Assembly: GCA_018645725.1 (NCBI GenBank)
Contig: JABGWD010000145.1
Location: 1-56,088, forward strand
DNA: 56,088 nt
Source of the DNA: Opitutia bacterium
GTDB taxonomy: Bacteria; Verrucomicrobiota; Verrucomicrobiia; Opitutales; Seribacteraceae
Direction: 5' to 3'
Shown: piece by piece, positions 1 to 8,664 of the stretch
Position numbering within the stretch: position 1 is the stretch's first letter
Layout of the letters: the number at the start of each line of letters is the position of its first letter
The notes under the pieces: generated by a model
Database searches by the model: none
What the model was told of the DNA's origin: nothing
The model's input: the letters and a program-made list of their open reading frames with translations, nothing else
Program-made: the position numbers and the translations under genes

Positions 1-1
1 A

Positions 2-442
2 GGAAACGGGATTACGAACTGGGATTCGCACAGCAACATTGCCAAGACCCACGCCATGCAAGCAGAGATCATGGATCAACCCACGGCCGCTCTGATCAGC
101 GACATGAAACGCAGGGGTTTGCTTAAGGATATCTTGATCGTTTGGTGCTCGGAGTTCGGTCGCATGCCTTTCCTTCAGGGGAACGGAACCGGTCGGGATC
201 ATAACCCGAATGCCTTCACCTGCTTTTTTGCCGGCGCCGGGGTAAAGAAGGGATTCAGCTATGGAGAGAGTGACGAGTTTGGGTTCAAGTCGGTTTCCGG
301 CAAAACTTCAATTTACGACTTCAATGCCACCATCCTTCACCTGATGGGCTTGGATCACGAGCGCCTGACTTTTTACCACAACGGGCTCGAGAGACGACTG
401 ACCAACGTTCACGGTCATGTCGTCAAGCAGGTGCTTGCTTGA
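2..442 (+). CDS. DUF1501 family protein, C-terminal part (5' truncated by window)
   Basis: Frame open from base 2 ([10 protein letters not shown]...); motifs [42 protein letters not shown] match the complete DUF1501 at 41741-43195. Confidence 0.9.
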   Translation, partial: GNGITNWDSHSNIAKTHAMQAEIMDQPTAALISDMKRRGLLKDILIVWCSEFGRMPFLQGNGTGRDHNPNAFTCFFAGAGVKKGFSYGESDEFGFKSVSGKTSIYDFNATILHLMGLDHERLTFYHNGLERRLTNVHGHVVKQVLA

Positions 443-512
443 AGACCGTCGGCTCTTTCGGACTGCCGGAACAAATGGCTCGATTGCCAAGTATCACTGT
501 GACTCCTTCATT

Positions 513-3215
513 ATGAAAATCATAACAAATTCCTTTTGGCTCTTCTTTCTCCTGTTCTCTCCCTTTTCCCATGCTGCGAATTTTGCCGAGGCTCCTCCTG
601 AGAATGAGTCGGTAAAGAAGCTATACGCCAAGGAGGTTCGCTTGGAGTCCGGCGTTGAGGGCAGACCTCTTCCAACCAACGACTGGTGGACTACGCTCCT
701 AGCCGACTCTCCTTTCCCGGGGCGAATGTATGCCTATCCTTTTACCGTGAGCGCAGATGCCTCGGCAGTGAAGATCTGGTATCCGCAAAAATGGAACGAT
801 GCGGGAACGGAAATGCTGCCCGGCGAACCTTTGCTGATCGAACCCATTGATCTTAGCCCTGATCCGAATCCTGCCGAAAAGCTCCTTTTTGATTTTGAAA
901 GTGATTGGTCGACTCTGGGCTGGGTCCTCGAGGGAAAGGCCTTTGGCAAGAGCCCGATGACCAATGCCCAGCACGGAAGCCGGAACTTCGTCGGTTCCCA
1001 GTTTGCGGCAAGTTTTTATGGCCATGACGGTGGGGTTGGCACGGCGACTTCTCCTTCTTTCGTCCTGGATAAGGATTACCTTCATTTCAAAGTTGCCGGA
1101 GGAGATGACAAGTCGATCCTTGGGGTTCACCTCTTTGTGGATGGTAAATCAGTCTTTCAAGAGGTAGGGAAGAAAAGCAATGACTTCTCTTGGAGAAAAT
1201 GGGACTTGCGCAAATACAAAGGCAAGCAAGCCAAGGTCCGACTAAAGGACGAATCAAAGGGCGGATGGGGTTTTGTTTCGGCTGATCATTTCGTCTTGTC
1301 GGATAATGAATCGATCCCGAAGTCCGGTGCCTTCTCTCATGCTTCCACCTTGGGTTGGGGAGACTGGCACGTTGCCATGCGACTCCACGTCTCCAAGGTC
1401 AAGAAGGCGGACGTTACTTTTGGGCGGGGCATGCCCTATGTCTGGATCGAACCCAAAGGGCTTGATCTTAAAATACCGGGCGTCGTGCAACCGAACGGCA
1501 AGCTTTCTTATAAAGGGGCGACCTACGGAGTGCATGCTCCCCAAGGATCCTTGGAGCCAAAAGGTAAATTTACCCAGTTCAGCGGACCTCTTCTGGCAAT
1601 TAGCGCCTTGGGCAATGAACCGAACGTAGCCTCAAAGTTTTCCAAGTATGCATCCGCAGTGCCTCGGGATACCCGTTTTGACTGGAAGTACGATCAAGCC
1701 AAAGGCCGAGTAGACACTACTTGGTCAATCAAGACGAACAACGGAGAGGCGACGGTTCAAGGATGGATCCCTCATCACTACCGTAAAACCACTCACGATT
1801 TCAAGCTTATCGGAAAGGAGTACAAGACCCGCCGAGGGAAAATGATCGTGGCTCAAGGCAACAAGTTTTCCATTTCTTGGCCCTTCACCGGAATTATTCC
1901 GGTCTTCCCGATTCCCAAGGACGACAAGTTCAAACCCGAGGTTCTTTCCGGTTTGATCGAGCGATGGGCCAAGGACCTTTTGGGCAAGGAGGTGAAGGAC
2001 AGACAGGGGGGCGATACCTATTGGGGAGGCAAATCCATGCTCAAGACCTGCCAAGCATTCAACATGGCCTGGCAACTGCAACTTCCCATTGCCAAGGACT
2101 TGTATGCGGAGGCAAGACGTATTACGGCCGATTGGTTAACCCATGAGCCGGGAGAAAAGGCCTTTTATTATGCCCGTTACCCATTGCCTTGGAGTGGGCT
2201 TGTCGGGTTCAACCCAAGCTATGGTTCGGAGCAGTTCACCGACAATCATTTTCATTACGGTTATCTCGCCATGAGCGTCGCTCTCGTCGGGATGCATGAC
2301 CCGGTCTGGCTTGCGAAGTATGGACCGCCTGCACGTGAAGTGGTCAAGCAATATGGCGAATGGGAACGCGGATCCAAGAGCTACCCGCGACTGCGTACTT
2401 TCGAATGTTGGGCCGGACACAGTTATGCGGGCGGGATGTCCAGCGGGTACGATGGAAACAACCAAGAGTCCTCCTCCGAGGCGGTTGGTTCCTGGGCGGG
2501 CATGTTTTTTCTCGGAGCCGCGATGAATGATCCGGATATGCTGGCTACTGGAGCCATGGGGTACGCGATCGAGACCGAGGCTGTTCACGAATATTGGAAC
2601 AATGCTTATGGATGGAAGGACCCCGAGCAATCCAACTGGTCCTCGAATTACAAACCAACCATCTGTTCGGTTATGCGCGATCGGGACATGGGGGCATGGA
2701 CCTGGTTCAGTGGCGAGCCTATCCATATTTACGGGATCCAATGGCTTCCGGCTTGGACCCACATGAATTATTTCGGAGCTCACAAAGCGCATTCGGTCTT
2801 TCAGCTCAATCAAATGCTCATGCGGCAAGGAAAGGACAAAGGCAAGATGACTTGGGAAAAGATCGATGGAGATTGGGGTCAAGTCACGGCCGCTTATGCT
2901 GCGTTTTGTCAGCCCGACGAAATATGCAGGGTGTTGGACGAGGCGATGGAAAAGAAATGGAAAATTTCCAGTCCCAAGCATGCTGGCATTCCATATTACC
3001 TGGCTCATGCGAGTAGGGCTTATGGATTGATTGATCCGGAATCCCACACCGACATGCCCACTTCGGTCGTTTTCAAGAAACCGGATGGTACGCGAACGGC
3101 CCTTGTTTACAACCTTTCGAATGAAAGCAAGGCGGTGACCGTTTACGTTAAGGGGAAGCAGGTGTTGAGAGGGAACCTGAAAGCAAAAGGATTAATGGCC
3201 GTTCCTCTGAAATAA
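513..3215 (+). CDS. Secreted GH81 endo-beta-1,3-glucanase with an inserted ~140-aa accessory module
   Basis: Signal peptide from ATG 513 (MKIITNSFWLFFLLFSPFSHA); GH81 motifs PTNDWW, FTDNHFHYGY and catalytic NQESSSEA. Track start 417 overlaps the upstream gene. Confidence 0.88.
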   Translation: MKIITNSFWLFFLLFSPFSHAANFAEAPPENESVKKLYAKEVRLESGVEGRPLPTNDWWTTLLADSPFPGRMYAYPFTVSADASAVKIWYPQKWNDAGTEMLPGEPLLIEPIDLSPDPNPAEKLLFDFESDWSTLGWVLEGKAFGKSPMTNAQHGSRNFVGSQFAASFYGHDGGVGTATSPSFVLDKDYLHFKVAGGDDKSILGVHLFVDGKSVFQEVGKKSNDFSWRKWDLRKYKGKQAKVRLKDESKGGWGFVSADHFVLSDNESIPKSGAFSHASTLGWGDWHVAMRLHVSKVKKADVTFGRGMPYVWIEPKGLDLKIPGVVQPNGKLSYKGATYGVHAPQGSLEPKGKFTQFSGPLLAISALGNEPNVASKFSKYASAVPRDTRFDWKYDQAKGRVDTTWSIKTNNGEATVQGWIPHHYRKTTHDFKLIGKEYKTRRGKMIVAQGNKFSISWPFTGIIPVFPIPKDDKFKPEVLSGLIERWAKDLLGKEVKDRQGGDTYWGGKSMLKTCQAFNMAWQLQLPIAKDLYAEARRITADWLTHEPGEKAFYYARYPLPWSGLVGFNPSYGSEQFTDNHFHYGYLAMSVALVGMHDPVWLAKYGPPAREVVKQYGEWERGSKSYPRLRTFECWAGHSYAGGMSSGYDGNNQESSSEAVGSWAGMFFLGAAMNDPDMLATGAMGYAIETEAVHEYWNNAYGWKDPEQSNWSSNYKPTICSVMRDRDMGAWTWFSGEPIHIYGIQWLPAWTHMNYFGAHKAHSVFQLNQMLMRQGKDKGKMTWEKIDGDWGQVTAAYAAFCQPDEICRVLDEAMEKKWKISSPKHAGIPYYLAHASRAYGLIDPESHTDMPTSVVFKKPDGTRTALVYNLSNESKAVTVYVKGKQVLRGNLKAKGLMAVPLK

Positions 3216-3226
3216 AACCAACTGCT

Positions 3227-5383
3227 TTATCGCAGGGGTGAGAACTCTAGAGCCTTCAGATAGAGTCTTTCAGGTGGTTGAGCCAGAAGTTTCCCGTCCA
3301 TTTGGGATTCCAAGGCGACTTTTTTCCAGTCCGAATCCTGCCCAAAGGCTTGCCAGTTGAGATCAGCCTGTTTGCGGTTGGCGTGGTGAATCAGGTAGAT
3401 CAAGGTGTCCTCCCTATCCGGTTGATCAAAGGGGGTCCAGTAGCTGAGGTTCTTGATCCCATGCTTGTTGAACAGGGTCGTGGTGTGGTCGCGGAAGCGG
3501 GTGTTGAGACCGGTTAGTTTTCCCGGGTTCGCGACATAGGTGCGTAACTCGAAGATACCACCCGGTTTTGCGATTTCGTTCCTCGCGCGGGCGGAATAAT
3601 CGTTTGGAGTCAGGAAAAAATGAGTAGGCTTTTCGGAGAGCAGTCCTTGGAATTCGGGCTTGTCCATGACCTTCTCCCATTCCTTGTCATTGAAGAAATT
3701 GGTCCAGTTGCGGTAGGCTTCGTAGCGTGACGGATGCTCGAGCAAATAGACGAAGCGCCGCTTGTTTTTTGCCGATCCCTCGGTTGGAATCCAGTAGCCC
3801 AAGGCCTTCAATCCATGCTTCTTGAAAATTCGGTCGGTATGCTCGCGGAAGCGCTTGATCAAGTGTTGAAACCTGCCCTCGCTTGCATGATAGATTCGTA
3901 ATTCGTAAAGCGGGCCTTCAAGTAACCGCTGGGCTGGCTTTGGGTTGTTGTTGGAAGGTTTTGCATCCCGTCCGTTTGCACTCCCCAATGCGACCTCGAG
4001 CGGGGCGTGAAAGATCCAAGCCATGTCGTCCGAGATCTTCCTGCTCGAGTCATGTCCACCGATGAAAATGCCCTTGCCCCCAAACGGAGATTGGCAAAAC
4101 GTCCGGGGGGAAACCAGGATTGCCTTACCGTCCTGGTAGGCGTTGTTTACTTCCAAGACCTCGTAGGTCAGGTCGGGGTAGCGGATGGCATACAAGGCCC
4201 CGCCGTAAAGGGCGCTCCCTTTCCACTTCAAGTGATGCTTCCCCCTGATGTTTCCTTGAAACCCGATGAGGTGGACGGTTTTCCCTGATTTCGGATCAAT
4301 GAATGGATACGCCATGTTGTGAGCGCCCAAGGTATAGGAGACTTCCACTCCGAGTTTATCCTTCATGAGTTCCATGATCATTGCCTCGTCGTGAACCGAG
4401 TATCCGCCCTTACCGTCCGGATCAAGGCGTTTGATTTGGCTTTTCGAACGGTCGCCCGGAGCCCAGAGAAAGAGGAGAGAATGCCCCTTGCCATTTGGGT
4501 TTTCAATGGCGGTCAGTCCGCGGATGCCTCCGACGTCGGTATCGGTATCCTCATTCAGATCGATGACTTTTTCGTAGGAAGGTCGAACCCCATCAAGTCT
4601 ACGGAAGATTGCTCCTCCTTCCGAGAACATGAGCGATCCGTTGGCCTGAATGATACCGAGTGGTCGAGTATGGAGCGAGCCACCTTCCGGGAAAGGGAAC
4701 TCCAGATGCGTGCTCCATCTGATCTTCCCCGGGATCGTGGGATCGTAGACGCCCGATACGATTCCCGGATTTCCAAGTGACAGGAATATGCGCTCGATCC
4801 CGGTTTTTTTATCCCGGTATACCTCCATGTCCCTTGGTACCCAACGTATTCCTCCAACGCTTGAACCATGCCGGACCAAGGTATGAACCCAGGTGTTCTT
4901 CTTATCGTCCCGTGTCCAGGACGAGACTGCGCCTCCCCGCTCGAAGTTCGCGCCAGCTGCCATGATTAACAAATTTTCTGGACTCGGGAGAGGTTTGCCC
5001 GAAGCGTCGCGGGTGAAGGTAATGGACTTGAGGATGTTGCCTTTCATGTAGGCCAAACCCCGGTCGTTTGATTGACCCATGTCCAAATCGACTTGCCATT
5101 TCCCTGCCAAGGAATCCAAGCGAAGAACTTGAGCCGATTGTTTTTGTCCGTCAGGAGGAATCACCCATCGGGCATCCACCCAAAACCCGTTGGATGCGTA
5201 GAGTTTTCCCTTGTGGGAAACAATATGCATGATCTCCGATCCACCTGCATAAGCGCCGTTGATATCCTTGTATCCGGCATTGTAGCTTTGGGCCCAGATG
5301 GATTGGGGATTCTGCTCGACTCCGTTTGCCAAAGCCGGGAACAGAAGGGTGAGAAGAACGAACGATCGGAGAGGGCAGGGCAT
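3227..5383 (-). CDS. Secreted protein: unknown ~480-aa N-terminal beta-rich domain plus two C-terminal NIPSNAP domains
   Basis: Signal peptide MPCPLRSFVLLTLLFPALANG; two repeats of (Y/F)ELRxY...RFR(E/D)HT..F.KHG....YW.P...W..F..D.(E/D)W. Confidence 0.8.
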   Translation of the reverse strand: MPCPLRSFVLLTLLFPALANGVEQNPQSIWAQSYNAGYKDINGAYAGGSEIMHIVSHKGKLYASNGFWVDARWVIPPDGQKQSAQVLRLDSLAGKWQVDLDMGQSNDRGLAYMKGNILKSITFTRDASGKPLPSPENLLIMAAGANFERGGAVSSWTRDDKKNTWVHTLVRHGSSVGGIRWVPRDMEVYRDKKTGIERIFLSLGNPGIVSGVYDPTIPGKIRWSTHLEFPFPEGGSLHTRPLGIIQANGSLMFSEGGAIFRRLDGVRPSYEKVIDLNEDTDTDVGGIRGLTAIENPNGKGHSLLFLWAPGDRSKSQIKRLDPDGKGGYSVHDEAMIMELMKDKLGVEVSYTLGAHNMAYPFIDPKSGKTVHLIGFQGNIRGKHHLKWKGSALYGGALYAIRYPDLTYEVLEVNNAYQDGKAILVSPRTFCQSPFGGKGIFIGGHDSSRKISDDMAWIFHAPLEVALGSANGRDAKPSNNNPKPAQRLLEGPLYELRIYHASEGRFQHLIKRFREHTDRIFKKHGLKALGYWIPTEGSAKNKRRFVYLLEHPSRYEAYRNWTNFFNDKEWEKVMDKPEFQGLLSEKPTHFFLTPNDYSARARNEIAKPGGIFELRTYVANPGKLTGLNTRFRDHTTTLFNKHGIKNLSYWTPFDQPDREDTLIYLIHHANRKQADLNWQAFGQDSDWKKVALESQMDGKLLAQPPERLYLKALEFSPLR

Positions 5384-5411
5384 GGGAGAGGGATGCAGCG
5401 AAATTTGGAAA

Positions 5412-6149
5412 TTAGCGGATAGCCGAATAATCCGTGGGCTTCATGTAGGTAGCTGCCGGAGGTTTGGCCAAACGACCGACCCCGGAGGCTTTGGCCGCTT
5501 TTTTCCAGTCGGGGTCCGCGATGAATGCCTTCCATGATTTCCTCGCCGCTTCGCGGTTCTCGTGCTTGATGACGTAAATGAGAGTATCCTTCGAATCCGG
5601 TTCGTCGACCGGGTGCCAATAGGACACCGACTTCATGCCGTGCCGATCGAAGAGCTTGATCGTATGATCCCTGAACCGGGCATCGAGTTTCCCGAGTTTC
5701 CCCTTGGCCGCTTTGTAGATGCGCAATTCGAAAACGTCGTCTTTTTCAGCTTTGCCGTTTTTCCAATCAGGAGAGTAATTGGTTTCGTTCATGAATACGG
5801 AGTCAGGCCGTTGGGCTAGTATTTTTCCATCCACTTGGGATTCCCGGGCTACCTTCTTCCATGCCGGATCGCTGCCAAATGCTTTCCACGATGTCTTTGC
5901 TGCATCGCGACTCTTGTGCTTGATAACGTAGATCAAGGTGTTCTTCGAACTTTCCCCGTCGGTGGGTACCCAGTAGCCGACCGATTCAATTCCGTGCTTT
6001 TTGAACAAGCCCACGGTGTGATCGCGAAAGCGGGCATTTAGGTTGTCCAGTTTGCCGGGGTTGGTGACGTAAGTCCTCAGTTCGTATACTGCTCCGAAGG
6101 CTATCTGCCCCAAAAGGCAAGACAGGAGCAAGGCGGTTACTTTTTTCAT
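5412..6149 (-). CDS. Secreted tandem NIPSNAP-domain protein
   Basis: Signal peptide MKKVTALLLSCLLGQIAFG; two NIPSNAP repeats (YELRTY...NARFRDHT...WKAFGSDPAW; FELRIY...DARFRDHT...WKAFIADPDW). Confidence 0.88.
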   Translation of the reverse strand: MKKVTALLLSCLLGQIAFGAVYELRTYVTNPGKLDNLNARFRDHTVGLFKKHGIESVGYWVPTDGESSKNTLIYVIKHKSRDAAKTSWKAFGSDPAWKKVARESQVDGKILAQRPDSVFMNETNYSPDWKNGKAEKDDVFELRIYKAAKGKLGKLDARFRDHTIKLFDRHGMKSVSYWHPVDEPDSKDTLIYVIKHENREAARKSWKAFIADPDWKKAAKASGVGRLAKPPAATYMKPTDYSAIR

Positions 6150-6401
6150 GGCGGAGGTTATTTGGTGGTTTGATCGGTTGGGGTGAGCGGATCATTCATG
6201 CCTCGGACAAAAAAGATTTCAACGACCAAAACAAGCGATGGGGAAAATATACCGAAGGGCTTTGGGTATTCGGTTCATTGGCTCAAAGACCGTTGTCGCA
6301 GGACATCCGCGTTCTTATTGCCGTGGGGCTTTCCTTGCCCTGCGTTCATTTGCCCGATGATGCCCTCTGAGGCTATGGGCTTTATTCCGAATTGCGGATT
6401 C

Positions 6402-7118
6402 CTACTTGAGGTCGCTTTTGCGCTTGGCCTTTAACTGCTCCAGGTTTTTCAGGAACAAATCATGACTGAAGTTTACGATTGATTCCCTTTCCATGTGGAG
6501 CAAATGCAATTCTTCTTTGGCCTTGTTCAGGAGGTCATCATCATTTTTTTCAAGAGCCTTGTCCAAGCGGGTTTCGACAATGAATATTTTCTTGTCCACT
6601 TTTTCGAGTTCGGCTTCTTGTTCGTTTGCCTTGTCCGCTTCCTTGTGGAATGCCATGAACCGAGTGTGATTGAATTCCCTGAGTGCCTCGACCTCTTCAG
6701 AAAGAGTAGATCGGTCCTTCTTGAAATTCGTTATTTTATCGAGAATTCCCCGTCGCTCCTCGGGGCTTGGATCAGTTTCCTTTAGTTTGGCCTCGAGTTT
6801 CGCAATTTGGCTACTGAGCCTCTCCCTGCGGAACTTAATGCTGCGATTCTTGGAAGAAACGTCTTTCTTGGGTTCCAACATCCGTTTGGCCATTGCGAAA
6901 GTGGTGTGCCCCCCTTCCTTGATGGACTGAAGTTCCTTTTTGAGTACTTCGAGCTCGCCTTTGCAGGCCACGATGTCCGCTTTGTTGTCCTTGCCGGTAC
7001 TGGAAAGATCCTCTATGCGTTGGCGAACTTCGTCAATTTGTTGCCGTACGTGGGCTCTTTCTCTATGTGATTTCTCACGAAACGAGTCTGAGTTTCCGGG
7101 GTCTTTATTATCGGTCAT
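6402..7118 (-). CDS. Hypothetical coiled-coil protein with three internal His-motif repeats
   Basis: 238 aa, E/K/R-rich heptads; motif L-x2-E-x2-[SA]-[IL]-x4-H-x2-F occurs three times. Confidence 0.75.
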   Translation of the reverse strand: MTDNKDPGNSDSFREKSHRERAHVRQQIDEVRQRIEDLSSTGKDNKADIVACKGELEVLKKELQSIKEGGHTTFAMAKRMLEPKKDVSSKNRSIKFRRERLSSQIAKLEAKLKETDPSPEERRGILDKITNFKKDRSTLSEEVEALREFNHTRFMAFHKEADKANEQEAELEKVDKKIFIVETRLDKALEKNDDDLLNKAKEELHLLHMERESIVNFSHDLFLKNLEQLKAKRKSDLK

Positions 7119-7346
7119 GGGGGGGTATGCAGTGACTTGTGGAATTCCAATGCTCTGACAGATACATTGTCAACCTAGAATCCCCTTCATTTTTTAAGGC
7201 TGTCCTTCTGTCGAAATCATTTTCGCCGCAAAGTAGCGTCTTTTCCAGAAGGGAATTCCGAAATGAAAATCGATCATGCAGTGGTCTCCTATCTCGGAGT
7301 CGGCGTAACCGATTGCCCGTTTGTGATGGTGCCCCCTTTTCCCCGC

Positions 7347-8654
7347 TCAGGGTACTGGCTTGAATCCGGTCTTGATTGGCCAATGCGGACCTTTGGCATC
7401 GAAGCGGTAAGCGCCAGAGTCCCGAGAACTGTCTCGAAGCCTTCTTTCAAAATCTTTGTTCGCCGAGTATTTGGGGTTCGCCGCACCGATCAAGATCGAT
7501 CCGAAACGGGGATAAAGGTTCTTGGTCAGATCGCGGATCAAGTTTCCATGGCCTTTCCATTCCGCCTGTCCGAACTTTCTCCCGGATATGCTTCCTTGGC
7601 CGGCATTGCCTGCGAAGGTGACGAAACCCTTTCCGGGTATCTGCATGGCTACCCCGGCGTAGAATGCGTTGTTGGCAATCAGGATCGGGCCTGAATATTT
7701 TCCCTTGGCGGGAGCGATTAGCCGTAGGGCGGTCTTTCCTTTGTTTACCACAGTATTGTGGAGAATTTTTAGGTTCCCTACCACTGCGCTTTGGTGATCG
7801 CGTGAGTAAATGCCCGTCCCCTTGCAATTGAAAATCAGGTTGTTTCGGATGATTGCGTCGGCGGCAACCTGAATGCCGTTGTCCGCAACGTTGAAGATGA
7901 GGTTGCCCTCGATTACGTTCGGTTCCTTTCCGTCTGCGTCGTAGACGATGATCCCTGGATGCTTCACGTCATGGATGACGTTGTCGCGCACAAGGTTTCC
8001 CCAACTCCCGTCTTTCAATTCGATGCCATCTCCTTGTGAGACTTTCGGTCCGTTGAGGTCATGCAGGTAGTTGCCATCGATGATCCCGTGAAAGAACTGG
8101 GTTTGGGTTTTTCCATCGGGTGTCGAATTGGATCCCAGGTAGAATGCTTCGCCATGTCCGCTCGTGTGGTGGATGTGGTTTCTGCGAAAGATCATTCCTT
8201 CGTAGAGGTTTCCCGTGTGGTTGCAGGTTACGGCCGGGCCTCCCACGTGATGGACGTGCAAGGCTTCCAATGTCACGAATTTGGCCATTCTGCTGCCCTG
8301 CTTGTAGATTCGAATGGCTGTCGAGCCCCCCGTGATTTCCAAGCCCTTGACCGTCAGGTGTTGCGTGCCCGCGAGGTTGAAAGTGTTTTGGCGGGCGTCC
8401 GGCCTGTGGAACACCACGCGGGCTTTGTCGGCCGCTCGTATGACGATGGGCTTTTGTTTTGTGCCGACGTGACTGAGCTCGAGCATGCGTCCATTCGAAT
8501 AGGTTCCGGCTCCTAGGATAACTTCGTCCCCCGCTCGCAGGCCGTTGCCGTGAAGCAGGTCGAACCAATTGTCCGACGGGCTTAGTCGATAGGTTTTGGC
8601 CGAGGCGAATGCCGCGAGCACAAGGAAAGCGAAGAATGAACCTACGATGCGCAT
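7347..8654 (-). CDS. Secreted right-handed parallel beta-helix protein (pectin-lyase-like fold)
   Basis: Signal peptide; repeated IxxNxIHx/NLIFN rungs; GEAFYLGS and GDGIELKDGS; C-terminal DSGAY. Confidence 0.8.
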   Translation of the reverse strand: MRIVGSFFAFLVLAAFASAKTYRLSPSDNWFDLLHGNGLRAGDEVILGAGTYSNGRMLELSHVGTKQKPIVIRAADKARVVFHRPDARQNTFNLAGTQHLTVKGLEITGGSTAIRIYKQGSRMAKFVTLEALHVHHVGGPAVTCNHTGNLYEGMIFRRNHIHHTSGHGEAFYLGSNSTPDGKTQTQFFHGIIDGNYLHDLNGPKVSQGDGIELKDGSWGNLVRDNVIHDVKHPGIIVYDADGKEPNVIEGNLIFNVADNGIQVAADAIIRNNLIFNCKGTGIYSRDHQSAVVGNLKILHNTVVNKGKTALRLIAPAKGKYSGPILIANNAFYAGVAMQIPGKGFVTFAGNAGQGSISGRKFGQAEWKGHGNLIRDLTKNLYPRFGSILIGAANPKYSANKDFERRLRDSSRDSGAYRFDAKGPHWPIKTGFKPVP

Positions 8655-8664
8655 GCCGATGGCT

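Noticed and set aside
3227-6149. Repeated DNA segments suggesting a repeat array or mobile element
   Set aside because: The similarity is explained by four paralogous NIPSNAP coding domains; no spacers, terminal inverted repeats or transposase.
6150-6401. Possible structured RNA or small gene in the 250-bp gap
   Set aside because: Only short weak hairpins and unconvincing ORFs; no recognisable RNA family.
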